Positions 28,161 to 38,395 of a DNA stretch of 38,466 nt are shown here, one piece after another. Source of the DNA: Gemmatimonadota bacterium (GTDB lineage Bacteria; Latescibacterota; UBA2968; UBA8231); the NCBI GenBank assembly GCA_038128265.1, contig JAYPJE010000041.1, forward strand, positions 1 through 38,466, read 5' to 3'. Each line of letters begins with the position of its first letter. The stretch's first letter is position 1. The notes under the pieces were generated by a model. It saw nothing but the letters and a program-made list of their open reading frames with translations, made no database searches and had not been told where the DNA came from. A program made the translations under genes and the position numbers.

Positions 28161-31100
28161 TTACTTTCTGTCCCCGCCCGTGACCAACGCCTCCAACGTC
28201 CACTCCAGCGGTATCCGCATGCGGCCTTCGTTTTTGCGGTCAAAGAGCAGGTAGCTGTGCTCTAAGGCGTAGTAGAACAGGTCGCGCGTCAGTTCGACGT
28301 CCTTGCGGCAGTACTCCTCTATTAGATCCATGCGCCCTTCCTTAAACCACTTAAGCGCCATCAGGCCATCGGCGCTCTTGGCCGCGTCGAGCGTAGCCTT
28401 GCCCACCGAGTCGAGGCTGACGCGGTAGCGCAGGCGTTCGTGAATTTCGCGCAGGATGTCGAGCGTGTTGAGCTGGCGAAAGTCGAATGGGCTGTAGCCG
28501 CGCAGCACGGTGTAGTCAAAGCCGATGATATTGAATCCGACGACGAGATCGGCCTTTTTTAGGTGTTCGATTAGTCCATCGACATTTTCTTCAAAGTAGG
28601 AAGTGCACTGCTGCTCGTGGCTGTCCCAGACGATGCCCACCGACATGCCCATCATATGCGCCTTGTTCCAGCCGCCCACTTCGGCCGCCGAGCGCTGGGT
28701 CTCCAAATCAAAGACGACGATGCGTGGGCCGGCATCGGCTTCTGGCGGCGTTTCGCTTTCTTCCCTGTCTTCCCAATCGGCGTAGAGCGGTGGCTCGTCG
28801 TCTTCGATTTCTTCACTGGCCGGTAGCGTGGCCAGATCGAGCTTTTTGCGCCCCGTCAGGATGTTGAGCAGGTGTGTGCAGCCGGCCTTGTCCAGCGGCA
28901 CGTTGCCCGCTCCACAGGTGGGAAAGTGGATGCACGACGGGCAGCCCAACTCGCAGTCGCAGCCTTCGACCATATCGAGCGTCATTTCGAGCAGGCGCTG
29001 CAGCTTGGCAAAGCCCTTTTCCGCCAGGCCGATGCCGCCGGGGTGGTAGTCGTAGACGAAGATCGCGCCCTTTTTGAGCTGCGGGTGCAGCGGGTAACAG
29101 ATGCCGCCCACGTCCGTGCGGTTGCTCAAGGCCAGCAGGGGAAAGAGCGACTTCATGGCGTGTTCGATGGCGTGTATTGAGCCCATGTAGTGGAAGTTGT
29201 TTCGGCGCAGGTCCTTTTTAAAATGCGCGTCCAGCTCGATCCAAAAGCCCACCGTTTCGATATGCTGCACGGGCGATTCGAGCGGATGCTGGCTGAGGAT
29301 GACCTGGTCGCCGACGCGCACTTTCTCGTAGGCGACGACCTGCGAAGAGACTTTCAGGCGGCCTAGCTTGGCCATAAAGCCGTCCATCGGCTTGGAGCGC
29401 AGCTCTTCGAGAATCTCCGTGTCCTTTTCCGACTTGGCGCGCGTGAAGTAGGGCACGTCGACCTCTTTGGCATAGATCTGGCCCTTTTCGGGGTTGCGCT
29501 TGCCAATGAGGTATTGCCGACCGCGATGCAGGTAAACGGCTCCCTCGTAGCACTCGCCGTAGACTTGGCCGCCGCTAACGGTGCCGATCAGGCCGTTGCG
29601 CCCGTCCTCTATGATGTTATACGACTCGCCGATGGTGCGCATATTGACGAGGCGGTGCGGCTGCTTGCGCGCGGCGTACCAGGCATCGCCGTCGGCTCCC
29701 TGTAGCAGCGATCCTTCCATGACCAATTCGTCGACCGCCTCGCGCCAGTTGGGCATTTCGTATTCGGGCTCTTGCGCCGTCAGGGGGAATTCGCGCGCTG
29801 CGCAGACCAGGTGGTTTTTCAGGATGTACTTATTGGTCGGATCGACGACGGCGTCTTCAACTCCGCGCCCAAAAAACTGCACCGGATGCTTCATGAAGTA
29901 CTGGTCGAGCGCATCCTTAGAAGCGATGAGAATAATGAGCGACTCGCGGCCGCCGCGCCCCACGCGTCCGGCGCGCTGCCAGGTGTTGATAATGGAGCCC
30001 GGATAGCCGACCAGCACGCAGACGTCCAGGCCGCCGATGTCGATGCCCAGCTCGAGAGCCGAAGTCGACACGACGCCAAGCAGATCGCCGCTGTTGAGCG
30101 CGTGCTCGATCTGACGGCGCTCCTCGGGCAGATAGCCGGCCCGGTAGGACGAGATTTTTGCGCGCAGGTCGGGGCGGCTCTGCGTCGCCCAGCGGTAGAC
30201 CAGCTCGGTGATGACGCGGGCGCGCGTGAAGACGATCGTGCGATAGTCCTTCTGCACGCTCAGGCGCAGCAGGTTGGCCGCCAGCGTGTTGGGACTCTCC
30301 GGCGGGTTGAGAAAGACAAAGTGGCGTGCTGCTGCCGGCGCACCGTTTTCGGTGATGGCGTGAAACGGCCGGTTGATAAGCGATGCGGCCAGCTCTTGCG
30401 GGTTGCCCATCGTCGCCGAAGAGGTGATGTAGGTCGGATCGGACCCATAGTAGGAACAGATGCGGTTGAGTCGGCGAAACAGGTGCAGCACATGCGTGCC
30501 AAACACGCCGCTGTAGGTGTGCAGCTCGTCGATGACGACAAAGTGCAGGTGCGAAAAGAAATCGGCCCAGGCCTCGTGAAAGGCGAGGATACCCGAATGC
30601 AGCATATCGGGCGTAGTAAAGAGCACGTGCGGTGGGTTGGAGCGAATTTTTTTGCGCTGATAGTCCGATGTATCGCCGTCGTAAATACCGACCGTTAATT
30701 CGGGATCGAGCCCGCTCATCAGACCCTTTATTTCGTCAAACTGATCCTGCTCAAGCGCTTTTAGTGGAAAGATATAAAGCGCCCGCGCTTTTTTATTTTC
30801 CAGCAGCGTGCTCAGTACGGGCACGTTGTAGACCATGGTCTTACCGGAGGCCGTCGGCGTCGCGACGGCCACGTGCTGGCCCTGCAGCACCTTTTCAATG
30901 CCTTCGGCCTGGTGCGTGTAGAGCGCGGGTATATCGGCGACCCGGAGGATGTCCGGTACGGATGCCGGCAGGTGCGATAGGTCGTGTACGAGCTTCTCTG
31001 GGCGGGCGGCAATGGTCTCGTGGTGGATCAGGTAATTGCCCAGCACGCGCCGCTTGAGATAGGCCAGGTACTCGAGGATGGATTCAGACGAGGAGGGTTC

Positions 31101-31193
31101 GGGGGCATAGCCTGCATCGGGGGTGGCATCGCGGATCACGGCGCAGTCCTGTCGGTCGAATAGGCTGGGGCAGATGGTAGAAGTGTAGCGCAT
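28161..31193 (-). CDS. MrfA/SftH-type DEAD/DEAH helicase with DUF1998 Zn domain fused to C-terminal RNase H-like DEDD exonuclease
   Basis: LYTHQ, TPTASGKT, DELH, SAT, TSALELGIDIG, QRAGRVGR; DUF1998 CDCELGCPSC; C-terminal FDLETQ...GFNIIGFD...YCRKDV; start may be GTG 31139. Confidence 0.9.
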   Translation of the reverse strand: MRYTSTICPSLFDRQDCAVIRDATPDAGYAPEPSSSESILEYLAYLKRRVLGNYLIHHETIAARPEKLVHDLSHLPASVPDILRVADIPALYTHQAEGIEKVLQGQHVAVATPTASGKTMVYNVPVLSTLLENKKARALYIFPLKALEQDQFDEIKGLMSGLDPELTVGIYDGDTSDYQRKKIRSNPPHVLFTTPDMLHSGILAFHEAWADFFSHLHFVVIDELHTYSGVFGTHVLHLFRRLNRICSYYGSDPTYITSSATMGNPQELAASLINRPFHAITENGAPAAARHFVFLNPPESPNTLAANLLRLSVQKDYRTIVFTRARVITELVYRWATQSRPDLRAKISSYRAGYLPEERRQIEHALNSGDLLGVVSTSALELGIDIGGLDVCVLVGYPGSIINTWQRAGRVGRGGRESLIILIASKDALDQYFMKHPVQFFGRGVEDAVVDPTNKYILKNHLVCAAREFPLTAQEPEYEMPNWREAVDELVMEGSLLQGADGDAWYAARKQPHRLVNMRTIGESYNIIEDGRNGLIGTVSGGQVYGECYEGAVYLHRGRQYLIGKRNPEKGQIYAKEVDVPYFTRAKSEKDTEILEELRSKPMDGFMAKLGRLKVSSQVVAYEKVRVGDQVILSQHPLESPVQHIETVGFWIELDAHFKKDLRRNNFHYMGSIHAIEHAMKSLFPLLALSNRTDVGGICYPLHPQLKKGAIFVYDYHPGGIGLAEKGFAKLQRLLEMTLDMVEGCDCELGCPSCIHFPTCGAGNVPLDKAGCTHLLNILTGRKKLDLATLPASEEIEDDEPPLYADWEDREESETPPEADAGPRIVVFDLETQRSAAEVGGWNKAHMMGMSVGIVWDSHEQQCTSYFEENVDGLIEHLKKADLVVGFNIIGFDYTVLRGYSPFDFRQLNTLDILREIHERLRYRVSLDSVGKATLDAAKSADGLMALKWFKEGRMDLIEEYCRKDVELTRDLFYYALEHSYLLFDRKNEGRMRIPLEWTLEALVTGGDRK

Positions 31194-31293
31194 GGCTACA
31201 GTGCTGGCAATATATCACGCGCAATTGTCTGCGTTGGGTTATTGCTGCTGCGAGAGAGCGACCCTACTTTAGCAGCGAAAAATGGGAGAGCGC

Positions 31294-32997
31294 ATGAACG
31301 ATACGGGGCCACGCGGAATCGACCGCAATCTGACCAACTACGCCGACGAAGGCTTTAGCCGCTACCTGCGCCGCGCCTTTCTCGCGTCGGCCGGCTACGA
31401 CGGCGAGGATCTAGAGCGACCGGTTATAGGCATCACCAATACGGCATCCGATTTCAATACTTGTCATCGGGAAGTGCCCCAGCTCATCGAGGCGATCCGC
31501 CGCGGCGTGTTGGAAGCGGGGGGTCTGCCGATGGTATTCCCGACCATTTCGCTGGGCGAGATTCTGCTGTCGCCCACGTCGATGCTCTATCGCAACCTGA
31601 TGGCGATGGAGACCGAGGAAATGGTGCGGGCCCAGCCGATGGACGCCGTCGTGCTGGTGGGGGGGTGCGATAAGACGACGCCGGCGCAGATGATGGCCGC
31701 CGCTTCGCTCGACGTGCCGGCGATCGTCGCCGTAGCGGGGGCGATGCTGACGGGCGACTGGCGCGGCGAACGCCTGGGCGCCTGCACGGACTGCCGCCGC
31801 TACTGGGGACAGCACCGAGCCGGCGCGCTGGACGAGCGCGAAATCGTCGAAGTGCGCGAGAGCCTGTGCCCGACGGCCGGCACCTGTATGGTAATGGGCA
31901 CGGCATCGACGATGGCCTGCATGGCCGAAGTGCTGGGCATGATGATTCCGGGCAGCGCCTCGCCGCCGGCTACGACCGGCGCGCGGTTGAAAGTAGGCGT
32001 GGAAACGGGGCGGCAGGCCGTCGCACTGGCCGCTGGAGGGCGCGTTGCGCGCGAGATACTGACGCGGCCGGCATTTGAAAACGCGCTGCGCGTGCTGGCC
32101 GCCCTCAGCGGTTCGACCAATGCGGTGGTCCACCTGCTGGCCCTGGCCGGGCGCGCCGGTGTGCCGCTGAGTTTAGACGATTTTGATCGGATTGCGCGCC
32201 AGGTGCCGCTGCTGGTAGACTGCAAGCCGGCGGGCAGCGGCTATATGGAGGATTTTCACCGCGCCGGGGGCGTGCCAGCGCTGCTCAAAGCGCTGGAAGC
32301 GCAGCTCGACCCAGACACCGTGGGCGTTACGGGACAGCGCCTGGGCGATTTGCTGGATGCGACCGAGCCGCCGGGTGCCTGGCAGACGACGATCCGCTCG
32401 CTGGCCGAGCCGCTGGGGCCGCCCGCCTCGCTGGTGGTGCTCAAGGGGTCGCTAGCGCCCGACGGCGCCGTTCTAAAGCGGGCGGCCGCTTCGCCCGACC
32501 TGCATCGACACCGCGGCCGTGCCGTTGTATTTGAGGGGCCTGAAGACGTCGCCGCGCGCATCGACGATCCCGCGCTGGGCATCGAGCCTGATGACGTGCT
32601 GGTGCTGCGCGGCGTCGGGCCAGTGGCCATGGGCATGCCGGAAGCCGGATCGATGCCCATTCCCAAGTATCTGGCTGAGCGCGGTGTGAAGGATATGGTG
32701 CGCATTTCCGACGGGCGTATGAGCGGAACGGCCTATGGCGCCGTCGTCCTACACGTGGCGCCGGAAGCGGCTATTGGTGGACCGCTGGCGCTGGTCCGCG
32801 ACGGCGACGAAATAGAGCTCGACGCCGAGGCGGGGCGCATTGAGCTCTTGGTTGCAGAGGATGAACTGGCGCGTCGCCGCGCCGAGTGGCAGTCGCCCGC
32901 GCTGCCGCCGCGCGGATGGCGTCGGCTCTACGCCGAGTGCGTGCAGCAGGCCGATCGCGGCGTAGACTTGGACTTTCTAACGGAATCGGGGGAGTGA
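31294..32997 (+). CDS. IlvD/Edd family dehydratase (sugar-acid dehydratase type)
   Basis: FNTCH, RNLMAM, GGCDKT, GTCMVMGTASTM, GSTNA, GMPE, SDGRMSGT, HVAPE. Confidence 0.93.
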   Translation: MNDTGPRGIDRNLTNYADEGFSRYLRRAFLASAGYDGEDLERPVIGITNTASDFNTCHREVPQLIEAIRRGVLEAGGLPMVFPTISLGEILLSPTSMLYRNLMAMETEEMVRAQPMDAVVLVGGCDKTTPAQMMAAASLDVPAIVAVAGAMLTGDWRGERLGACTDCRRYWGQHRAGALDEREIVEVRESLCPTAGTCMVMGTASTMACMAEVLGMMIPGSASPPATTGARLKVGVETGRQAVALAAGGRVAREILTRPAFENALRVLAALSGSTNAVVHLLALAGRAGVPLSLDDFDRIARQVPLLVDCKPAGSGYMEDFHRAGGVPALLKALEAQLDPDTVGVTGQRLGDLLDATEPPGAWQTTIRSLAEPLGPPASLVVLKGSLAPDGAVLKRAAASPDLHRHRGRAVVFEGPEDVAARIDDPALGIEPDDVLVLRGVGPVAMGMPEAGSMPIPKYLAERGVKDMVRISDGRMSGTAYGAVVLHVAPEAAIGGPLALVRDGDEIELDAEAGRIELLVAEDELARRRAEWQSPALPPRGWRRLYAECVQQADRGVDLDFLTESGE

Positions 32998-33000
32998 GCT

Positions 33001-34350
33001 ATGTTGAGTAGAGCACTGGCTGAGCGCGATGCGCAGGGAAAGCCCATTCGCGTCGGGATTATCGGCACGGGCAAGTTTGGTGGTGGCCTGGTTGCGCAGA
33101 TAGCGGGCATGCGCGGCATGGAGGTGGTGGCCATTGCCGACATCAGGACTGAAAATGCGCGCTATGCCTATGAGACGAGCTACGGCGCGGAAGATATCGT
33201 CGCCGTCGATAGCGTGCGGGCGCTGAGTGATGCGGCGTTGGCCGGCAAGCGCGCCGTGCTGGAAGACGGCCAGCTGCTGGCGGCGGCCGATGGCATTGAC
33301 GTGGTGGTCGAGGCGACGGGTCGGACGGAAGTTGGTGCGAGCATGGCCGCGGCCGCTCTGGAAGGCGGCAAGCATTTGGTCATGGTCAACGTCGAGACAG
33401 ACGTGACGATCGGTGCGCTGCTGCGGCGCAAGGCCGACAGCGCCGGTGTCGTCTACTCGCTGGTCGACGGTGATCAGCCCGGCGTGACAATGAACATCAT
33501 CGACTGGGCGTGGGCGCTGGGTTTTGAGGTGGTGGCTGCCGGCCGCGGCACGATGCTCTTTGCCGACGATCCGGCCGGCACGCCCGATAATACGGCCGAG
33601 CGCTACGGCTTTGACGGGGAGACGATTGCGCGGCGACGCATCAATCTCAAGATGTACAACTCGTTTCGCGACGGCACGAAGGCGCAGGTTGAGGCGACGG
33701 CCATCGCCAATATGGCCGGTCTGGTGCCCGACGTGCGCGGCATGCACGAGCCCTCGTGCAATTTGGCCGATATTCCGCGCCTGTGCGCGCTGCGCGAAGA
33801 GGGCGGTTTGCTCTCGCAGCACGGGGTGATTGAATTGGCCAACAGCGTGGCCGAAGACGGCCGGACCGTTTTGGACGATCCGCTCAATATGGGCGTCTTT
33901 GTCGTCGTGCGCACCGACCATCCGTTTATTCGCGAAGATCTCGGCGCCTACTTTCTGCACGGTGGCGGCGACGGGAAAAACTTTCTGCTCTACAGGCCTT
34001 ATCACCTGGTGGCCGTCGAAGCGCCCATTACCATCGCTCGGGCGGCGCTCTACGGACAGCCGACCGGCGCGCCGCGCCCCGTGCCTTCGGCCGATGTAGT
34101 GGCCACGGCCAAGCGCGCTCTGTGCGCTGGCGAGACCCTCGATGGCGGGGGGGGCTATACAGTGATCGGTCAGAGCGAGAAGGCGACGGTGGCGCGCGAC
34201 CAGGGACTGCTGCCGCTGGGCCTGAGCGAGGGGGCTGTTCTCAAGCGCGACGTTGCTGCCGGGCAAACGCTAGCCTATACCGACGTCGAAATGAAGGAAG
34301 ATTCGCTCGTGCTGCGGATGCGCCGCGAGCAGGATGCGCTGGTGTGGTGA
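33001..34350 (+). CDS. Homoserine-dehydrogenase-like NAD(P)-dependent oxidoreductase with C-terminal SAF domain
   Basis: IIGTGKFG, EATG, NVETDVTIG, DGDQPG, NSFRDGTK, YRPYHL, ATAKRAL..GETLDGGGGY. Confidence 0.88.
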   Translation: MLSRALAERDAQGKPIRVGIIGTGKFGGGLVAQIAGMRGMEVVAIADIRTENARYAYETSYGAEDIVAVDSVRALSDAALAGKRAVLEDGQLLAAADGIDVVVEATGRTEVGASMAAAALEGGKHLVMVNVETDVTIGALLRRKADSAGVVYSLVDGDQPGVTMNIIDWAWALGFEVVAAGRGTMLFADDPAGTPDNTAERYGFDGETIARRRINLKMYNSFRDGTKAQVEATAIANMAGLVPDVRGMHEPSCNLADIPRLCALREEGGLLSQHGVIELANSVAEDGRTVLDDPLNMGVFVVVRTDHPFIREDLGAYFLHGGGDGKNFLLYRPYHLVAVEAPITIARAALYGQPTGAPRPVPSADVVATAKRALCAGETLDGGGGYTVIGQSEKATVARDQGLLPLGLSEGAVLKRDVAAGQTLAYTDVEMKEDSLVLRMRREQDALVW

Positions 34351-34408
34351 TGCGCTCTATACACGTGACGCCGCTGTCGAGTGTGCAACCGCTCTTTCGA
34401 GGTGTGCT

Positions 34409-35752
34409 ATGATTGACTGGGACGTCGTGCGCGACGAAGTAACGCAGCACCTGCAGGCCCTCATTCGCATTGATACGACGAATCCGCCCGGCAACGAGAC
34501 AGAGGCGGCCCGCTATATAGAAGGCGTACTAGCGCGCGAAGGGCTGTCTTCGGTCTTTGTCGAATCGGCGCCGGGACGCGGCAACGTATTGTCTACGCTC
34601 AAGGGGGGAGACGGCGACCCGCTTATGCTGCTTGGACACACCGATGTGGTGGCCGTTGAGCCCGAGCACTGGACGCACCCGCCTTTTTCCGGTGCGCTGG
34701 TCGACGGCTATGTGTGGGGTCGCGGTGCGCTGGATATGAAGAATATGGTCGCCGCTGAGCTCATGGTATTTTTGTTGCTCAAGCGCGAGGGAATTGCGCT
34801 GCGCCGCGACGTGATTTTTGCCGCTACCGCCGATGAGGAGGCGGGCAAGGGCAACCACGGTCCGGGGTGGATTATCGACCATCGGCCCGAGCTGTGGCGT
34901 GCCCGTTATATCATCACGGAAGGCGGCGGTCACGATCTCGAGATCGGCGGTCGGCGCTTCTACACGGTTCAAACGGGGCAGAAGGGCCTGTGCCGGCTGC
35001 GCCTGATTGCGCGCGGCACGCCGGGGCACGGCTCGATGCCGCACGGCGATAATGCGATCGTTCGATTGGCCAAGGCCGTGGCGGGGCTGCAGGATGCCGA
35101 ACTGCCCATGCATATATCCCAGAGCGTGCGCCGCATGGTTGGAGAGATTGCGCAATCCCTGCCCGAAGCAGAGGCGGCCGTCTGGCTGGGCCTGCTCGAC
35201 GAGGAGACGAGCGCGGCTGCGCTGGCTGCGCTGCCTATTGACGAGGAGTTCCGCCGCGAGTTGGGCGCCATGCTGCGCAATACGGCCTCGCTGACCATGC
35301 TAGGGGCCGGCAGCAAGATTAACGTTATTCCCGGCGAGGCGACGGCGTGGGTCGACGGGCGGCTGGCGCCTGGGCAAAGCCAGGAAGGCTTTGTCCACGA
35401 ACTGCGCGCGTTTATCGGCGATGAGGTCGAGGTGATAGTGGATCAATACACGCCGCCGTTAGAGGCCGATGCCGACTCGCCGCTCTACGCCGCCATTGCC
35501 GAGGTCATGCAGTCGAGCGAAGAGGGCGTGGGGCTGCTGCCCTACCTGCTGCCGGCCGGCACCGACGCCAAGCACATTGTCCCGCGGCGACCCGAAACGC
35601 AGATCTACGGCTTTATGCCCTACAGACAAAAAGTTGGCGAAGAGGAAATGAAGCTGATTCACGGACACGACGAGCGCACGTCGGTAGAGGAATTGCTCTT
35701 TGCAACGCAGAAGCTATACGAGATCGTCTGCCGTTTTGCCGGCGTTCAATAG
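34409..35752 (+). CDS. M20/M25/M40 family metallo-hydrolase
   Basis: DTTNPPGNE, GHTDVV, GRGALDMK, DEE, EGGG, GHGS, GTDAK, HGHDER; start MIDW at 34409 after GAGG. Confidence 0.93.
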   Translation: MIDWDVVRDEVTQHLQALIRIDTTNPPGNETEAARYIEGVLAREGLSSVFVESAPGRGNVLSTLKGGDGDPLMLLGHTDVVAVEPEHWTHPPFSGALVDGYVWGRGALDMKNMVAAELMVFLLLKREGIALRRDVIFAATADEEAGKGNHGPGWIIDHRPELWRARYIITEGGGHDLEIGGRRFYTVQTGQKGLCRLRLIARGTPGHGSMPHGDNAIVRLAKAVAGLQDAELPMHISQSVRRMVGEIAQSLPEAEAAVWLGLLDEETSAAALAALPIDEEFRRELGAMLRNTASLTMLGAGSKINVIPGEATAWVDGRLAPGQSQEGFVHELRAFIGDEVEVIVDQYTPPLEADADSPLYAAIAEVMQSSEEGVGLLPYLLPAGTDAKHIVPRRPETQIYGFMPYRQKVGEEEMKLIHGHDERTSVEELLFATQKLYEIVCRFAGVQ

Positions 35753-35773
35753 AATGATGAGAAAGGGAGCAAC

Positions 35774-36850
35774 ATGGGTGCGATACGCTTTGGCATAGTG
35801 GGCGCGGGTTGGCGCGCGGAGTTTTTTACGCGCATCGCGGCGGCCGCGCCCGATGTATTCGAGGTGCCGCCGGTCGTTGCACGAAGACCGGAGAAAGTGG
35901 CGCTATTTACCGACGCGTGGGGTTGTCGCATATACGGCAGCATGGACGAGATGTTGGAGGGAGAGTCTTTAGACTTTGTCGTTACGTCGCTGCCGTGGGA
36001 GACTAATCCGGAGTTGATCAAGGTGCTGGTAGAGCGCGGCGTGCCCGTGCTGTCGGAGACGCCTCCCGCACCCGACGTGCCGGCGCTAATCGACCTGTGG
36101 GAATTCGTCGAGCGAAAAGCCGGCCAAGTCTGCGTAGCTGAGCAGTACTTTTTGCAGCCTTACTATGCCGCGCTGCGGGCGGTTATCGCCGCCGGCCAAT
36201 TGGGCACCGTAACGCAGGCACAGGTCTCGGCGGCGCACGGCTATCACGGTATGAGCCTGATGCGCAAGCTGCTCGGCATCGGCTACGAGGATGCGACCAT
36301 TGAGGCGCGCTCCTTTACCGCGCCGCTGGTGCAGGGGCCGGGGCGCGATGGGCCGCCGGCGGACGAAGAAATTAGGGATTGCACGCAGACCTTTTACTGG
36401 CTCGACTTTGACGGCAAGCTGGGCTTTATGGACTTCTGCGGCGAGCAGTACTTCAACTGGGTGCGCAACAACCGCGTGCTCGTGCGCGGCGAACGCGGCG
36501 AAGTAGTCAACGAGCGGGTGTCCATATTGAAAGATTTCCGCACGCCGCTCTACCTAGACCTGCTGCGCCACGTCGCCGGCGGGCCGGGCAACTTGGAAGG
36601 CAATCACCTCAAGGGCATTCAGCTGGGCGGCGAATGGGTGTATGAAAATCCGCTGGCGCCGGCCAGCCTGAGCGATGACGAAATTGCTATCGGTCAACTG
36701 CTGCTGGGCATGGCTGCCTATGTTGGGGGGGGCGCACCGCCCTACCCGCTGGCCGAAGCGTGCCAGGACCACTACCTGAGCATTATCTGCGCTCAGGCGC
36801 TGAAAGAGGGACGATCGCTGCGCACGCAGCGACAGCCGTGGGCCGCATAG
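35774..36850 (+). CDS. Gfo/Idh/MocA family oxidoreductase
   Basis: FGIVGAGWRA, VLSETPPA, VAEQY, AHGYHG. Confidence 0.88.
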   Translation: MGAIRFGIVGAGWRAEFFTRIAAAAPDVFEVPPVVARRPEKVALFTDAWGCRIYGSMDEMLEGESLDFVVTSLPWETNPELIKVLVERGVPVLSETPPAPDVPALIDLWEFVERKAGQVCVAEQYFLQPYYAALRAVIAAGQLGTVTQAQVSAAHGYHGMSLMRKLLGIGYEDATIEARSFTAPLVQGPGRDGPPADEEIRDCTQTFYWLDFDGKLGFMDFCGEQYFNWVRNNRVLVRGERGEVVNERVSILKDFRTPLYLDLLRHVAGGPGNLEGNHLKGIQLGGEWVYENPLAPASLSDDEIAIGQLLLGMAAYVGGGAPPYPLAEACQDHYLSIICAQALKEGRSLRTQRQPWAA

Positions 36851-36932
36851 CTCGGAGAGCCTAGTGGCACTGTCGCGCGCTAGGGCGCCTCGCCGCGGAT
36901 CAGCGCGGGGTATCCCATATTAGCGGACTGGC

Positions 36933-37601
36933 TTAGGCGCGCGCTTGATATTCGGCGCGGATGCGCTTGGCTTCGCCCGGCGGCAGCGGGAAAATCCAGC
37001 CGCGGTTTTGAATAATCGCTCTGCACAGGTCCGGGGGAATGGCGACGATGAGCTCGGGTTCGATGGAGAAGCGACCGGTGAAGCCGCCGATGGCACTGCG
37101 CGCGTGCACGCCTGAATAGCTACTGTCTTCGCCGTCGACTGCAAAGGCGCCCACACCGCCGCCAAAAACCGACTGCCAGCGGCTGGAAAAGCCGTTCATA
37201 ACGGACGGTGCGCCGTGAAAGGCAACGTCGGTCGACACGACCATGCCAAGTCCTTTGACGGTGTAGAGCACGTCGTTTAGATCGCCGCCTTCGCCGCCGC
37301 ATACCAGCGCCCAGTGCAGGCGGCCAATCATCGAATCGGCGATAAACTGCGCAGCGTCTTGGCCCTCCTTGATGCGCTCGGGATCGTCGTACATTTGCCC
37401 GGGCCCGTAGCCGTAGCCGGATAAGTATACCAGACCCGACTCGTGAAAGATGACGGAGCAGATATTGGCGCCCTTGAGGTCGCGTCCCATCCAGCCGTCA
37501 AAGGTGCCCAGGTCGAGGTCGAGTTTTTCGATGCGTTCGTAGACGTCGAAGTCGCGCCTGAGGTGCTGTGGAACAATTGAGTTTTCGTAAAAATGGCCCA
37601 T
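36933..37601 (-). CDS. Extended RidA/YjgF-like protein
   Basis: GLVYLSG, VMNGFS, VFG, GVHARSAIG, SIEPEL; ATG at 37601 preceded by AAAAAGGAG RBS. Confidence 0.7.
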   Translation of the reverse strand: MGHFYENSIVPQHLRRDFDVYERIEKLDLDLGTFDGWMGRDLKGANICSVIFHESGLVYLSGYGYGPGQMYDDPERIKEGQDAAQFIADSMIGRLHWALVCGGEGGDLNDVLYTVKGLGMVVSTDVAFHGAPSVMNGFSSRWQSVFGGGVGAFAVDGEDSSYSGVHARSAIGGFTGRFSIEPELIVAIPPDLCRAIIQNRGWIFPLPPGEAKRIRAEYQARA

Positions 37602-37750
37602 ATACAGTCTCCTTTTTGGGCGCGGCTGCGCGTTGTGGCCGACTGAGTATTGCACGATAGATAGGCTGTGTCAAACGCGCTGGACCGCTGCCGGTAGGCG
37701 GTTTATGTTTCGTCCGTTGCGCACACTCTTAACACAGAGAAAGGGAATCG

Positions 37751-38395
37751 ATGAGCTCTTTTTGGGTAGAAGATGGTCAGACGCTGCTGTTTATTGGTGA
37801 TAGCATAACCGACTGCGGTCGCCGCGGTGCGGAAATGCCGCTGGGCAGCGGCTATGTGCGCCTGTTTACCGAGCTCGCTACGGCGCGCTTTCCGGATCGC
37901 GACATCCGCTATATAAACAAGGGCATTGGCGGCCATCGCGTGACGCACCTCAAAGATCGCTGGCGCGATGACGTGCTCTACCACAAGCCGGATCGCCTAT
38001 CGGTGAAAATTGGCATCAACGATCTGCACAGCCATTTGCGCGGTGCCGAAGACGGCGTCTCGCCAGAGTTATTTGCCAGTGTCTACGACGAAATATTGGG
38101 TTGGACAAGAGACGAGTTGGGCTGTCCGCTGGTGCTGATCACGCCGTTCTACATTTCGACCGACCGGGCGGGCCATACCTTTCGCTCGCAGGTGTTGGAG
38201 CTGCTGCCGCGCTATATCGAAACGGTGGAACAGATGGCGGATACATACGATGCAATCTTGGTCAATCTTCACGATATATTTCAGGAGCACTTGCAGTACC
38301 GCGACGCCGATACGTTCTGCCCGGAGCCGGTGCATCCCAATCACGCCGGCCATATCGTTATTGCCGAGGCGCTTATGCAGGCGCTTACTCGCTAG
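37751..38395 (+). CDS. SGNH/GDSL hydrolase family protein
   Basis: FIGDSITD, NKGIGG, IGIND, EPVHPN. Confidence 0.92.
   Translation: MSSFWVEDGQTLLFIGDSITDCGRRGAEMPLGSGYVRLFTELATARFPDRDIRYINKGIGGHRVTHLKDRWRDDVLYHKPDRLSVKIGINDLHSHLRGAEDGVSPELFASVYDEILGWTRDELGCPLVLITPFYISTDRAGHTFRSQVLELLPRYIETVEQMADTYDAILVNLHDIFQEHLQYRDADTFCPEPVHPNHAGHIVIAEALMQALTR

Noticed and set aside
28161..31193. DISARM/Druantia-type anti-phage system based on DUF1998
   Set aside because: No methylase or other defence genes nearby; the architecture matches MrfA/SftH repair helicases
32977..34266. 429-aa antisense ORF (and similar long shadow ORFs such as 29772..30698 and 16741..17481)
   Set aside because: They overlap well-supported genes on the opposite strand, have no recognisable motifs and are expected in GC-rich DNA
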